This document shows positions 13,245 to 25,941 of a stretch of DNA of 64,000 bases, one piece after another (position 1 is the first letter of the stretch; each line of letters opens with the position of its first letter). A model generated the notes under the pieces. It made no database searches and was not told the origin of the DNA. It saw only the letters and a program-made list of their open reading frames with translations. A program made the translations under genes and the position numbers. This DNA comes from Leucoraja erinacea (lineage: Eukaryota): assembly GCF_028641065.1 (NCBI RefSeq), contig NC_073415.1, positions 3,906,001 through 3,970,000 of the forward strand, given 5' to 3'.

Positions 13245-13345
13245 GATACCAGGGTGAACGAGTCGGCCAGGACAGGAGAGGGTGAGGGGCCAGAGATCAT
13301 GGTCCATATTGGCATCAACGACAAAGTAAGAATAAAGATGTGGTC
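13245..13345 (+). mobile_element. Degraded CR1 ORF1 (SGNH esterase-like) fragment
   Basis: GEGPEIMVHIGIND resembles the VVHVGTND motif of CR1 ORF1. Confidence 0.45.
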
Positions 13346-13423
13346 ATAAAGTCATAAGGAATAGGGGTAGAATTAGGCCATTTAGCCCATCAAGTCTACT
13401 CCGCCATTCAATCATGGCTGATC

Positions 13424-13632
13424 AAAATTGCTGGAGAAACTCAGCGGGTGCAGCAGCATCTATGGAGCGAAGGAAATGGGTAACGTTTCGGGCTGAAACC
13501 CTTTGTCTGAAGAAGGGTTTCGGCCCGAAACGTTGCCATTTCCTTCGCTCCATAAATGCTGCTGCACCCGCTGTGTTTCTCCAGCACTTTTGTCTACCTT
13601 CGATTTTCCAGCATCTGCTGTTCCTTCTTAAA
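13424..13632 (+). mobile_element. Penelope-derived fold-back insertion (family B) with hammerhead-like core
   Basis: Inverted arms; ctgaagaagggtttcggcccgaaacgtt at 13507-13534; 15-bp TSD caatcatg(g/a)ctgatc inside a CR1 tail. Confidence 0.8.
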
Positions 13633-14737
13633 CAATCATGACTGATCTATCTCTCCCTCCACACCGTATTATCCTTCCTTCTCCCCATAACCATAGTCAT
13701 GCAGCACGGAAACAAGTCCGACATCTCAACTCGTTCCTGCCAACCGACAAACCCCTTCTAATGTGGTCCTATTTACTCATGTTTGGTCCTGCAAAGAGAT
13801 TTAGAGGGAGACGCACATAACTGCAGATGCTGAAAGCTTGAGTAAAAAAACACACTGCTGGAGGATCTCTGCAATGGGGGAAAAAACAGACAATGTTCTG
13901 GAGTCATAGAGTCATACAGAGTGGAAACAGGCTCTTCAGCCCAACTTGCCCATGCCAACTAACATGTCCCATCTACACTACTCCTACCTGCGTTTGGCCC
14001 ATGTCCCTCTAAACCTGTTCGATCCATGCACCTGCCTAAATGTTTCTTAAATAGTACCTGCTTTAGATGAATAATGTTTAGGAGAACTGCATGATCTGAC
14101 AAAGTGTTGTTAATTTGAAATACAGTTCTGGTGCCTGCTTTAATCTTCTTTCAACCAGCTGAGAATCTCTGATCTTAAGAGGTTTGCCTGTAATATTGTC
14201 AGTAAAAGGTGCTGTTGCCATCACTGAGGCTTTTTGATGATAGAATCTGATCTGCCCACACAGCTGATGAATATCTGGTAAAAATGTGAACTTTTGGGAG
14301 GCGGTGGTTAATATAGCACGAACAATGAACAGCTTTCAGTTCGATAACACTTTCAATATCCCCAGTATTTCACAGGTCAACAGCAAAGGAGAACAAAAAG
14401 CTGCAGTTGCTGGAAGTCTAAACTAAAAATAGAAAATGCTATTAACACGCAGCAGATCAAGCAGCATCTGTAGAAAAGTGAAACAATAAATCTAATGTTT
14501 CAGAACTTTGTCAGAATTGAGGAAGGTTTTGAACTTGAAAGGCCCCTCCTAAATGTCCAAGGAAAGAGATGTACAAAAACAGAGGACTTTAGCGCTTGGC
14601 ATCTGAGAATATCATCAGTATTGAAATGATTAATTTCAGCAATGCTCAACATTCTCAGGCTGAAGGAGTTTATAGAGAAAGAAAACAGAAACCACAGAGG
14701 AATTTGGAAGCTGGATTAAGGATTGTCAGTTCCATGC

Positions 14738-14932
14738 CCCTGCCTCAGAGGGCGGTGGAGGCCGGTTCACTGGATACTTTCAAGAGAGAGGTAGATAGGG
14801 CTCTTAAAGATAGCAGAGTCAGGGGATATGGGGAGAAGGCAGGAACGGGGTACTGATTGGGGATGATCATCCATGATCACATTTAATGGCTCGAAGGGTC
14901 GAATGGCCTACTCCTGCACCTATTGTCTATTG
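14738..14932 (+). mobile_element. CR1 LINE 3' end
   Basis: LPQRAVEAGSLDTFKRE...GYGEKAGTGY*. Confidence 0.82.
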
Positions 14933-15142
14933 TAAGTTGTTTAGATGGGGGCTACCACATGGGGATGGCTGAATGGTATGTTATGGTTGGGATCAAAGTT
15001 TAGATTACCTTAAGTCTGCAGAGAATAGAGTGAGGAAGGCTATCATTTAAAATGGTGGGTGTCTGTGAGTAGCTTCAACATGTTTAAATTTAGCCCAGGA
15101 ATAAACTTGCATTTGTAATTTTACGTACTTCTCTCCATAAAG

Positions 15143-15286
15143 AATATATCATCAAACGTCCTTGAAGAATCGGCTGTATCGGATGACGTTCTTTCTCCAG
15201 ATGAAGAAGGAATTTGTGCTGGGAAATATTTCACAGAAGCTGGCCTGGTAGGATTGCTAGAACAAGCAGCAGCATCCTTTACGATG
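15143..15286 (+). CDS. DOCK6: DOCK6 coding exon ([23 protein letters not shown]...SFTM)
   Basis: ccataaag / gtacgt; 144 nt in frame. Confidence 0.96.
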
Positions 15287-15772
15287 GTACGTTAATATGG
15301 TTTGTTCTTTCCCCCTCTTGATTGGAATTTTATGCTAATTATTTTCTCTTGGAATCATAGTGGTAGAGTCTTGCATTTTGTCCAACTTTATCTCTCTTCC
15401 TGCGTCTGGTACTTCACTCCTTCCATTTCCCTCAATAAGAACAGATAGTTTCTTGTATTATACAATGGTGGTGGGTGTATGGAACGAACTGCCAGAGGAG
15501 GTAGTTGGGGCAGGGACTATCCCAACGATTAAGAAACGGTTAGACAGGTACATGGATAGGACAGGTTTGGAAGGATATGGACCAAGCGTGGGCAGGTGGG
15601 ACTAGTGCCGCTGGGACATGTAGGGCCGAATGGCCTGATTCCACGCTGCATCACTCTATGACAGTGACAAATTCAGAACAGCAAGTTTGTAGTGTGATCT
15701 GAAGTAGTGCAATTGCAGAATAACTGAATGAGGTGGAGTTAAGAGTAAAGAGTACATGGCAACACCTATGGG

Positions 15773-16526
15773 AATGGTGGCCGATTGGGAAAGGGGGAGA
15801 TGCAGCGAGACCTGGGTGTCATGGTACACCAGTCATTGAAGGTAGGCATGCAGGTGCAGCAGGCAGTAAAGAAAGCGAATGGTATGTTAGCTTTCATTGC
15901 AAAAGGATTTGAGTATAGGAGCAGGGAAGTTCTACTGCAGTTGTACAGGGTCTTGGTGAGACCACACCTGGAGTATTGCGTACAGTTTCGGTCTCCAAAT
16001 CTGAGGAAGGACATTATTGCCATAGACGGAGTGCAGAGACGGTTCACCAGACTGATTCCTGGAATGTCAGGACTGTCTTATGAAGAAAGACTTGATAGAC
16101 TTGGTTTATACTCTCTAGAACTTAGGAGATTGAGAGGGGATCTTATAGAAACTTACAAAATTCTTAAGGGGTTGGACAGGCTAGATGCAGGAAGATTGCT
16201 CCCGATGTTAGGGAAGTCCAGGACAAGGTGTCACAGCTTAAGGATAAGGGGGAAATCCTTTAAAACCGAGATGAGAAGAACTTTTTTCACACAGAGAGTG
16301 GTGAATCTCTGGAACTCTCTGCCACAGAGGGTAGTTGAGGCCAGTTCATTGGCTATATTTAAGAGGGAGTTAGATGTGGCCCTTGTGGCTAAGGGGATTG
16401 GGGAGTATGGACAGAAGGCAGGTACGGGATACTGAGTTGGATGATCAGCCATGATCATATTGAATGGCGGTGCAGGCTTGAAGGGCCGAATGGCCTACTC
16501 CTGCACCTGATTTCTATGTTTCTATG
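15773..16526 (+). mobile_element. Young CR1 LINE 3' fragment with open ORF2 C-terminus
   Basis: 216-aa ORF 15785-16435; (ttctatgt) tail. Confidence 0.92.
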
Positions 16527-17438
16527 AATGGTTGTAAAATGAATGAATGGGCAAAATGGGGGGGTAAAGAGGTCTAGCTTTAGATGGGGGATCTTGGTTG
16601 GCATGGATGAGTTGGGCAGAAAGGCCTGTGTTCTTGCTGTATGTTTGAAGTGACTCTATGACACTACCTAGGTACAAGTGACTATAAAGTACCATTGCAC
16701 CATTAAAAGAGGTAATTGGTTCAGGAGTCTGATAGCAGTGGGGAAGAAGATGCTCTTAAGTCTGTACATCGGGGCTTTTAAACCCGTATCTTCTCCCAGA
16801 AGGTGGAAGAGAGAAAACAGAATAGCCAGTCGGAGGCATCTTTGGTGATCAGCCTTCCTGATTCATCGCTTCCTCCTGTTCTTCTGCCCAATCTGATTGT
16901 TCCGTTGTAGGAAAATCTTACATGCTTTTGTTTGATGCGGCTACCTATTGACATCGTTACTTCTGAACCTACAAGCCCTCTGCCCAGAGAGTACTTTCTA
17001 AACTACCAGCCGAGATTTTCAAGATATATAAACATCCTTCATGTATAAACATGTGAAGGAAGTACTCCTTGTAACACTAATCTCTTCAGGAAGAATGTCA
17101 TTTTCTAAAACCATGGAGTAGATATGTAGTACAGGCACTAATCGCTGGAGTAACACAGCGGGTCAGGCAGCATCTCTGGAGAAAAGGAAAAGGTGATATC
17201 TCGGGTTGAGACCCTTCTTCAGACTCCATCAGGTAGATACATAATGGTGATCTACCTTGGCAGACTGTCTCCAGCACAAATTTTAGCCTGTCCTGGTTTT
17301 CTGCAGTTTTTAAGGATGAAAAAAACATTTGCTCTAATACTCCCAAATGAATTCACTGTTGGAAAAAAAAATCAGCAACCCCTATCCCAATGCGCAGTCC
17401 CAAGACTGAACGGCTGATCTTTCTTTTATCCCCGCCAG

Positions 17439-17570
17439 GCTGGGATGTACGAAGCTGTGAATGAAGTTTACAAGATCCTGATTCCAATTCATGAAGCCAA
17501 CCGGGATAGTAAGAAACTGGCAACAATCCACGGGAAACTACAGGATGCTTTCAACAAAATCTCTAATCAG
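17439..17570 (+). CDS. DOCK6: DOCK6 coding exon ([20 protein letters not shown]...ISNQ)
   Basis: ccgccag / gtattg; 132 nt. Confidence 0.96.
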
Positions 17571-18513
17571 GTATTGGACGTGCACACAGTAGCTGCCTTT
17601 TTAGGAAATGGAGTGTGTGTGTGTGTGTGTGTGAAACATGTTTGTCAAATGTGCTGAATATTTTTAACGGTAAGGGCTGGGCTGGAAAATTAAGTTCATA
17701 AGACATAGGAGTAGAAGTAGGCTATTCGGCACATTGAGCCTTCAATCTATTTTTTCCCTCAATCCCATTCTCCTGCCTTCTCCCCATAACCCCTGACGCC
17801 AATCAAATTCCAATTAATTATGTGCCAATTTCCGCCTTAAAAGGACCCATTGACTTGGCCTCCTCTGCCGTCTGTGGCAATGAATTCCACAGATTGACCA
17901 CCCTGCGACGAAAGATATTCTCAACCAATCTACTTTACTCCACTTTCATTGCCCTTCCCAAAGTTCACATCAAAATAAGATGGGAGAGAATGTGCCTTTA
18001 GTGTTGGTTAATGCTTCCTGTGAGTTGGTTGCTGTGCTTTGCAAGTGGAGCTTCCCTCCTTACTTTCTCACGCAATTGTGGAAAGAGCCTCACCCATGCC
18101 TTTGCCTCTTCCCCAAATCACTCTCCCTAAATCACGCAATATTAGATCAGCACTAGCCTGTGCATTAGAGAGTCAAATTAGCACAGTTTCTTGAGCACCT
18201 AACAATTTTTAAACATGGGGATTTTAACCTGAACAGCAATTTTAAACTGGTGTGAACTCAAGCTGTTTTGGAGAAGTGACACTAAACAAAGGTGTATACC
18301 AAACCATGTTAGGAGATATTATGTAAGTTTTAAGAAACATTTCAGGTAAAGAGGGAAGTGGAGAGATTGGGGAGAACATGCCAGTTGCAAGCATTACCAG
18401 CAAAGCCACCAAAAGCAGATACACAAGGTTAGAAAGTAAACCATCCAGGGATTTGGAGGAAAACCACAGGAGAGAGAGCAAGGAGATTGTTTTTACTCAA
18501 ACCTTGAGTAAAT

Positions 18514-18665
18514 AGGATAGACACAAGAAGCTGGAGTATCTCTGGGGCGAAGGAGTGGGTGACGATTCAGGTCGAGATCCTTTTTCAGAGATGCTCCCTG
18601 TCCCGCTGAGTAACTCTTTTTGAGTCTCTCTTTGGTTGAAACCAGCATCTGCAGTTCCTTCCTAC
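18514..18665 (+). mobile_element. Penelope-derived fold-back insertion (family A)
   Basis: 13-bp TSD acctt(g/a)agtaaat at 18501-18513 and 18666-18678. Confidence 0.72.
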
Positions 18666-19689
18666 ACCTTAAGTAAATGACCCCCGTGTGTTAATAAAAC
18701 ACAGACGCCCAGTGTAAACGGCAACACCTCACAAATACCTGCCCACCTGTCTTGCACTTCCTACCTCATCTGTGGGGAAATCACCATGAGTCCACTAAAC
18801 CCAGCGGGGAGGAAGTCTTCTCGATGCCCAGGAATTGCCTCGGGAGAAGGATGGGCAGATAGACGTGCTACAGATTTTGATAGGCAAATGAATGAAGTTG
18901 ACTGCACACACTTTTGACAAAGCCAGCAACCAGAGATACGGAAACTTGCTGCAGCATTCTGATCCTTCACTGGCACTAGTGCAGTGCAACACAAAGAAAA
19001 TACAGTGGACAGATTTAAAAAGCCGCACCTCTGGTCTTGTCGATCCCAAGCCCTGCCACAAGGTGGTGCACACGCACTTTCTTCCTTGTGTTAAATGAGC
19101 TGCTGCATGAGTCGGGCTCACAGTCAGCTTCCCAAGCCTCAGTAAGAGGATCTGTCAAAGCAACAATGGAAGTTAGAGCTCCATTTAAAATTCTTTTGAG
19201 TCAACTCCAGGAACCCCACGTTTAAGTCCTGGCTGATGTTAATTGGCTCTTCCTGTGGAGTTGTTGAAGGATTCAAGTACAGCTCAGCTGAGTGACGAGG
19301 TGGAGATGGGTGCAACTTTGGAATATTGCTTTTAAAATGTTCTGCTCCATTGTTTTGCAATCAAACATAGTATAACCCATTCAGACATGAAGCACTCTGG
19401 CAAAATTAACCCAACTCGATGGGGTTGCTATCCATTGTACATCAGGGTGAATGGGGGAGATGGAAGGTTATGTTGGGTTAACTTGGTCATGTAGGTATTG
19501 GTCTCGGATAGGGCTCTCTCATCATCTGTTGATGAAGGGAAAAATGCTAAATGCACAGAGAATCAAAAAGAACGTACAGTGCCCCCTTGCTGTGGTGTGT
19601 GTGGCATATAAACATTGTGCAACTTGCACTAATGCTTTTCCTGTACCAGACATATTGATCAGATCCCTTCACAGGGATTAACATGTCCT

Positions 19690-20212
19690 ATTGACCATGC
19701 CGTCAGTGGCTGACGGGTACCCTTCATCATGAGGTTGACTGACATGTACCCTCTTCATGAGGCTGGCTGGTGTTCACCTCTCACGGTGACATTGGGTCAT
19801 GTGATTGCATGAGATAGTGACTGGCTGACTGCATTCCTTGCTATGTCATTGTTGATTTGTAGTCCTTATAGTAACAACTGGCGTATATCTCTGACCGCGA
19901 TGGTGTATTTAACTGCGTACACTGCACTATCATGCCTGTGTTTCCATTACAGTGTACCCTTCACAGTCACTGAATGATAGGATACCCCTCACAGTTGCTG
20001 ACTGACTGTACCCTCTCACTGTAGCTGTGTACTCCTCACAGTCTCTGACTAACTCTCCATACCCTTCACAGTCATTGAATGACAGGATCGCCTTCACAGC
20101 TGCTGACTGACTGTACCCATCACAGTCGCTGACTGACTGTGTACCCCTCACAACACTGACACATTCCCCTCAAAGTCACTGATTGCATTCCTGTGACCGT
20201 GACTGACTGATG
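19690..20212. repeat. Degenerate minisatellite (about 25-27 bp unit, TACCCTCACAGTYRCTGACTGACTG-like)
   Basis: Repeated ccctcacagt...ctgactgactg motifs. Confidence 0.7.
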
Positions 20213-20475
20213 CGTAGATCCCCGAGATCTTCGTTTGTCACGGTGCTTGCTGCATTTGTGACATTTTGCACCACACACACTCTCTATTGTTATTTAAGAT
20301 TCTGCACCAGATTAATTTTATAAAACACACACCTGAAAACAAACATATCGATTGCAACGCTCTGCAGCTCAAAACTGTGTGCTCAGCCTTGGATCTGTTT
20401 GACCGTTCATTGATTAGTAAATGTTGTCTCTCTTTTGCCTTACCTCTCCCCTTACCCCTCTCTGTCCACATGCAG

Positions 20476-20490
20476 AGCTCTGGCTGGGAG
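20476..20490 (+). CDS. DOCK6: DOCK6 15-nt microexon (SSGWE)
   Basis: Long polypyrimidine tract plus tgcag, gtaggc donor; phase 0-0; matches the SSGWE segment recalled from human DOCK6 just before R(V/M)FGTYF. Confidence 0.9.
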
Positions 20491-20929
20491 GTAGGCGCAT
20501 GGACCTGGTGTGGATTGCATTGTTTGTACAGTGATAGAGCTTTTGCATGTCACGGCCTGTGTCACATGAGCAGATGGCACACACTGTAGCAGGGAACTAC
20601 TCCCATGTTGTCACTAATGTTTCATCAGCTAACTCTGAGTTAGACATCCAGCGTCACTTCAGGCAGCCCTCTGTTGTCCAGGTGGGAGGGATGAATGAAA
20701 GCTCATTTATACCTTTTGGTTCTATTCTTATCCTTCTTTCAATGATTTCCTCCATTCTATGTGTGTCCTTCCTTGTATATACTTTTCTGGTTTGAATCAG
20801 TGGAAAATCAGCTCTAGGGACCTTTCACCTAGTTTAAAGAGGTTGTCTTAATTTGTCTAATAACTGACTTGTCGTTGATGTTCCATCCCGACTAACTCTC
20901 CCATACCCTAGTTCCTACCCAGCAGAGGT

Positions 20930-21110
20930 TAGAATAGAATAGAATAGTTTCTTTATTGTCATTGTAACATGAACCATGTACAACAAAATTAAAAAATGTC
21001 AGCCAGTCAGTGCACCATTCAAAAATTTCTAAAAGCTAACGATACATACAAGATAAAATATTAAAAGATAAACAACTAAAATAAATATCATGGAAATAGC
21101 ACGCATAAAC
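20930..21110 (-). mobile_element. Rex1/Babar-like 3' tail
   Basis: (TTCTA)n tail; near-identical to 50917-51090. Confidence 0.7.
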
Positions 21111-21454
21111 ATGAGGCAGGGATTATTGCAATGTTATGAAACAATTAGACAGGTACATGGATAGGTGAGGTCTAGAGGGATATGGGCCAAATGCAGGCAG
21201 GTGAGACTAGTGCAGATGGGACATGTTGGTCGGTGTGTGGACAGGTTGGGCCGAAGGGCCTGTTTCCAAGCTGTATGACTATGACTTCTATTGCTATGCT
21301 TGTCATGTGAGATTGTAGAGCAGTTGTCAGCAATCTACAGTGGCAGAATGAGATGACTGTATGCTGTCCTCATATACCACCTTCATCATGAGTAAAGAGT
21401 TTCCAGAGCTTGTGCTGCAGCAAGCAAGACAAAGGAGACTTAACAGATGTAGTT

Positions 21455-21630
21455 CTATGGTGCAGCGGTATTGTTGCCTTACAGCGCCAGAGACCCAGGT
21501 TCCATCCTGACTACGGGTGCTGTCTACGGAGTTTGTACCTTCTCCCTGTGACCACGTGGGTTTTCTCCGGGTGCTCAGGTTTCCTCCCACACTCTAAAGA
21601 CGTACAGGTTTGTAGGTTAATTGGCTTGGA
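21455..21630 (+). mobile_element. HE1-type V-SINE (partial)
   Basis: tRNA-like head and V-domain. Confidence 0.8.
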
Positions 21631-24364
21631 ATGACTGAGAGAGAAAGGTTGGAGCACTCTGCCAAAGAACGAGTTTGAACCCAGCCTCAGATATATATCT
21701 GCATTTGGGTATCCCTTGAAAGTTATGCATTTCATCCCTCGGGTCACCTGTCAAAGGGTTGACATCATTTGCAGCTTTGAAAGAAGAAAGGCAAGTCCTA
21801 TGTGCACAGCTAACCCAGGCTGATGGGGAGCAGTATTGTAATGGAGACATCATTGGCATATCCAATGCTGGCTGCACTCCCCACGTCTCAGATTCGGGAG
21901 AGTGGCTCGGATCGGAAATAATGGGAATTCTCAAGTTTTTTGCAGAATATCAGGTGTTTGTTTGTCCAGTCACATGTTTTCGGGGGTGGAAAAATGAGCT
22001 CTCATTAAGGATTCATAGAGCGTGCCTCTGTACATCAGAGAATAACTTCATGCAGAAGGCTGCCTGAAAACTGCTAATATTGCATTGCCTAATCGTTCCG
22101 TGATCACTCTGTGTCGCTGACTGATTGTTTCTCAATGGATCACAAGTCATAATTCTTGCACACAAGCCATGTTATAACCAAGTAACCCCCATCACGGCAT
22201 GCACGTGTTGTGTTTGCAGAACACCGGCCAGTATAACTGCAGAAGTCCTGTCAATTAGGTGGAAGTGGGACAGAGAAGTCAGTTTGCTGAGTTCTCTTTT
22301 CTGAGCCGTCAAACTTCAGGAAAAAAAATCAACTTGACTAAGAAAGGGATGAAGTGACAATACTCTGTTGTGCTGCAGCAAGCAAGAATTTCATCGTCCT
22401 ATCTGGAACACATGACAATAAACTCTCTTGACTTGAATTAAATTCTGAATTGATATAAACTCTCATGAAATAACATTCCGTGAGATTTGATCCAGGTCTG
22501 AGATGTGTTAGAAAAGATTGTCACCTGATTATGGCTGTGTGGGAATGTGAGCAAACTAAATATATAAAAGCCGTTGTCCTTAGCTTGCAAACTCTTTAAC
22601 CTGCAGCTGTCAGGTGCAGTGATTCCCATCTTGGGCAAGCTGAGCCGAAGAGCCTGTTTCCATCCTGTTTGACTGTGACCTGCTGAAAGCTGCAATTTAT
22701 TGAGAAATTCCGATGAAGGTTTTTTGACCTGAAACATTAGCCCTGATTTGCGTCCCACAGATGCAGCCTGACTGCTGAATATTTCCAGGAATTAGATTTC
22801 AATATCTGCAGGTTTTTTTAATTTTCAGTATATTGAGCGAAACCAGGAGGTTTTATGTCAGAATCGAGCATTAGGCAGGCAGTTCATTGCTTTCTTTTAT
22901 TAAGCTGCTGACTCACCTTCATCCCACCTCCAGAAACTGCTGGTTTAAAGGGCAATGGAGTAATTACTAATTATCGTCTGATAAATGGTTCAGATGGAGT
23001 CCAAGGCCTACGCAGTCACGGATGTTCTGCAGAAGATCTTTTGGTTCATTTTGAACCTTAGATTGTACATGTTTGTGCCCAGTCCTTTTATAGACTACTG
23101 ATGTATGTCTATATTTCATTTAAATATGATTCTGAACAAAGTGAGCTTTGTGGGGTGGAGATGTGCTTTTGTAAAGTTGCATCCTTCACTTCTGATGACC
23201 TCAACCCAAGAATATTAGAAATTGGAGGAGCTGAGGGTAAAGGTTCAGGGAGTGACTGCGTTGTATTTCAGTCTGAGGATGTTATTGCAGACATTTGCTC
23301 ACCGGGGACCCTGGCATGCTTTTCTTGGGGTTGCAATGTGCACTTGTTGAAAACTGATTTCAGACCCAAGTGTAGATGCCTGCGCTTTGTGATGTGACCG
23401 GTGTGTGTTCCACCAATGTTTGAGTAAAACAAAGTTCCCCTTGTATTCCTGGTCAGGGAGTTTCCTGATGACATCCGCTGTGATGAAACTGCTGCTGCGA
23501 GCCTGAATTAAATATGGTCTATGCTTAAAATGCCATCTCTCTGAAGAGCATGGCCTAACTTCCCAACAGCAGGAAGTGAAGCCTGAACGCCTGCTTGAGA
23601 CTTGGTCGTCTGCTCATTCAGCAGGAATTATGTTGAGGCATATTTAACGGTGGGCTGTAGGAGGAATTAACTTAAATGAAATGTGTGTCTGTATTATGAA
23701 TCTCACACTTTCCATGCAGCAGTGCTATGACTGTGGTGTCACAGGAGACCTCCTGTAGCCTGTACATATAAGAGTAATCGGTGTTTAGCCTATCAGTTAA
23801 TTATTCTTTCTATCTGCTTTCTCTTTTACTGCATTTGCTGCCGATCACATTGTCCTCTCGTTATACCTTGTGGTAAGTTGCTATATTTTATTAATTTACT
23901 GTGATTTTAAAGATATAATTTGCACCCAAGATTACTTAAAATGAACTGACAATTACTTATAAATGCTTCTGGCATTCTAGCAATTGCTTCGTACTTCAGC
24001 TTCCAATTCTGTTAGATTTCTTTGATTTTCAAAGTTCTCTCGTAGAGTTTGCTACCTGACCTTCCAGCTGGAAAGGTGGGTTCTACTTTTGATGGAGTAG
24101 CATTAAAGAAATTTCGAAGCTCCCTCGATGTATTAAATAGCAGCCTTTCATCAGTGGAACTTGATGTGAAACCCTCCCAGAACGCTGCGATCTATCTGCT
24201 ACCTTGAGTGCCCTGTGATATGAAGCCAATTAATAGTTGTCTCAAATTAGAGTGGGTGCCCCCCACAGTCCAAAGCTGTGATACGGTGCAGGATTGAGTT
24301 GGCCTGTTGGATCTACAGATCACACACAGGTAAAGTTGAAGTGTTGAAAGATAGGGTTGTGTCA

Positions 24365-24992
24365 ATTTGGTGGCGCAGTGGTAGAGTTGCTGCCCGGAGA
24401 CCTGTACGGAGTTTGTACGTGCTGTCTGTACGGAGTTTGTACGTTCTCCCCGTGACCACGTGGGTTTCTCTCCCAGATCTTCGGTTCCTCCCACAGTCCA
24501 AAGACGTACAGGTATGTAGGTAAATTGGCGTAGCAAATGTAAAAATTGTCCCTAGTGTGTGTGTGTGTAGGATAGTGTTAATATGCGGGGGTTGGCGCGG
24601 ACCAGGTGGGCCAAAGGGCCTTGTTCCATGCTGTATCTCTAAACTAAACTATGGATGAAGCCTACCCTCACAATATTGGATGATGAGTAGTACTTCCTAT
24701 AGGTGGCAGAGCGGTGCAGCTGGTAGAGCTGCTGCCTCATGACGTCAGAGACCCGGGTTCATCTCCATACAACCCACTGTGTGAAGTTTGCGCATTCTCT
24801 CTGTGACTGCGTGGGTTTCCTCCCACATCCCCAAAAATGTGCAGGTTTATAGGTCAATTGGCCTGTGAAAATAGCCCCTAGTATGTAGGGAGTAGATGAG
24901 AAACTGGGATAACTTCGACCTAGTATGGATGGGTGATCGATGGTCAGTGTGGGCTGATGGGTCCTGTTTCCATCCTGCATCTCTAATCTGAA
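24365..24992 (+). mobile_element. Two tandem HE1-type SINEs (about 24365-24650 and 24703-24992)
   Basis: ggtggcgcagtggtagag heads, V-domains, ctgtatctctaaactaaac tail. Confidence 0.8.
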
Positions 24993-25767
24993 CTGTGAAG
25001 CAATGCCATTCGCAACTCCCTGTTCCCGGTCAGTTCCACTCGCTAACCCTGTCCCTCCATTTTCAATATTGGTGATGGTGCTTCAATGGTGTGTCCTTCT
25101 ACCTTTTGCTTTCAATCTGTACCACAACTCAACTCAATTGATGCTCAGTAGGGTAAAAATATTTCTGTACTATTCCAGCATATGATCCGACCTCACCGTG
25201 TCATGAGTTGCTATTCTAAATTGGTAACACGAGATACCGATGTTTCTCTTACGATTTCCTAGCTGTTGTGCCTATTTATGTCAAATTATTTTCCACAGTG
25301 ATATGAGTGACCAACCGGCCTCAGACTTGACAACTTCATTCTGGATATTAGACACCAGACGTTACAAACGCAGCTCCAAATTTGGAACATTTGGGAAAAG
25401 TTTAAGATGAGTGTGTGGGAAATTAAAAAATGTAGGCTGCTGCACCCTGCCAGGTGAAAGAGTTAATATATGCAATTAATCTGAGGTGAGATTATTTAAA
25501 CAAGGAAAACCAAAACTAATGATGGCCTTTCAAAGAAAGTCTGAGGTCTGATCAAATATAATGTACGTTAACATCAAGTTGCAATCTGTATCCATTTTGT
25601 GAGGCTGCTTTTGAATAACTGCACTTAAATTCAGGCTGTTTTTTTTTTTTAAACCACTGACGTCTTTAACTAACCAGTGCAAAATAAGAGCAGAGCAGAT
25701 GTTAGGTGGAGGATTGAATGAATTTCTACGGTATATGTTAACGGTCTTTCCTCAAACATTTCCGCAG

Positions 25768-25902
25768 GCCACAAAGAGGATGTTTGGGACTTATTTCCGG
25801 GTGGGTTTCTACGGTTGTAAGTTTGGAGACCTGGATGAGCAAGAGTTTGTCTATAAGGAGCCCTCAATCACCAAACTGGCGGAGATTTCATACCGACTTG
25901 AG
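25768..25902 (+). CDS. DOCK6: DOCK6 coding exon ((ATK)[13 protein letters not shown]...YRLE); possible second acceptor starting at 25777
   Basis: tccgcag (or in-frame caaag) acceptor, gtgagt donor. Confidence 0.94.
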
Positions 25903-25941
25903 GTGAGTGGGTTCGCCAAATCCATCATAACGTTGCCCAGG

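Noticed and set aside
17613-17633. (GT)n microsatellite after an exon
   Set aside because: Ordinary short simple repeat
19930-20151. Repetitive 73-aa minus-strand ORF
   Set aside because: Translation of the minisatellite
23190-23278. Possible C/D box snoRNA (TGATGA...CTGA)
   Set aside because: Imperfect C box, no convincing terminal stem, no recognisable rRNA guide
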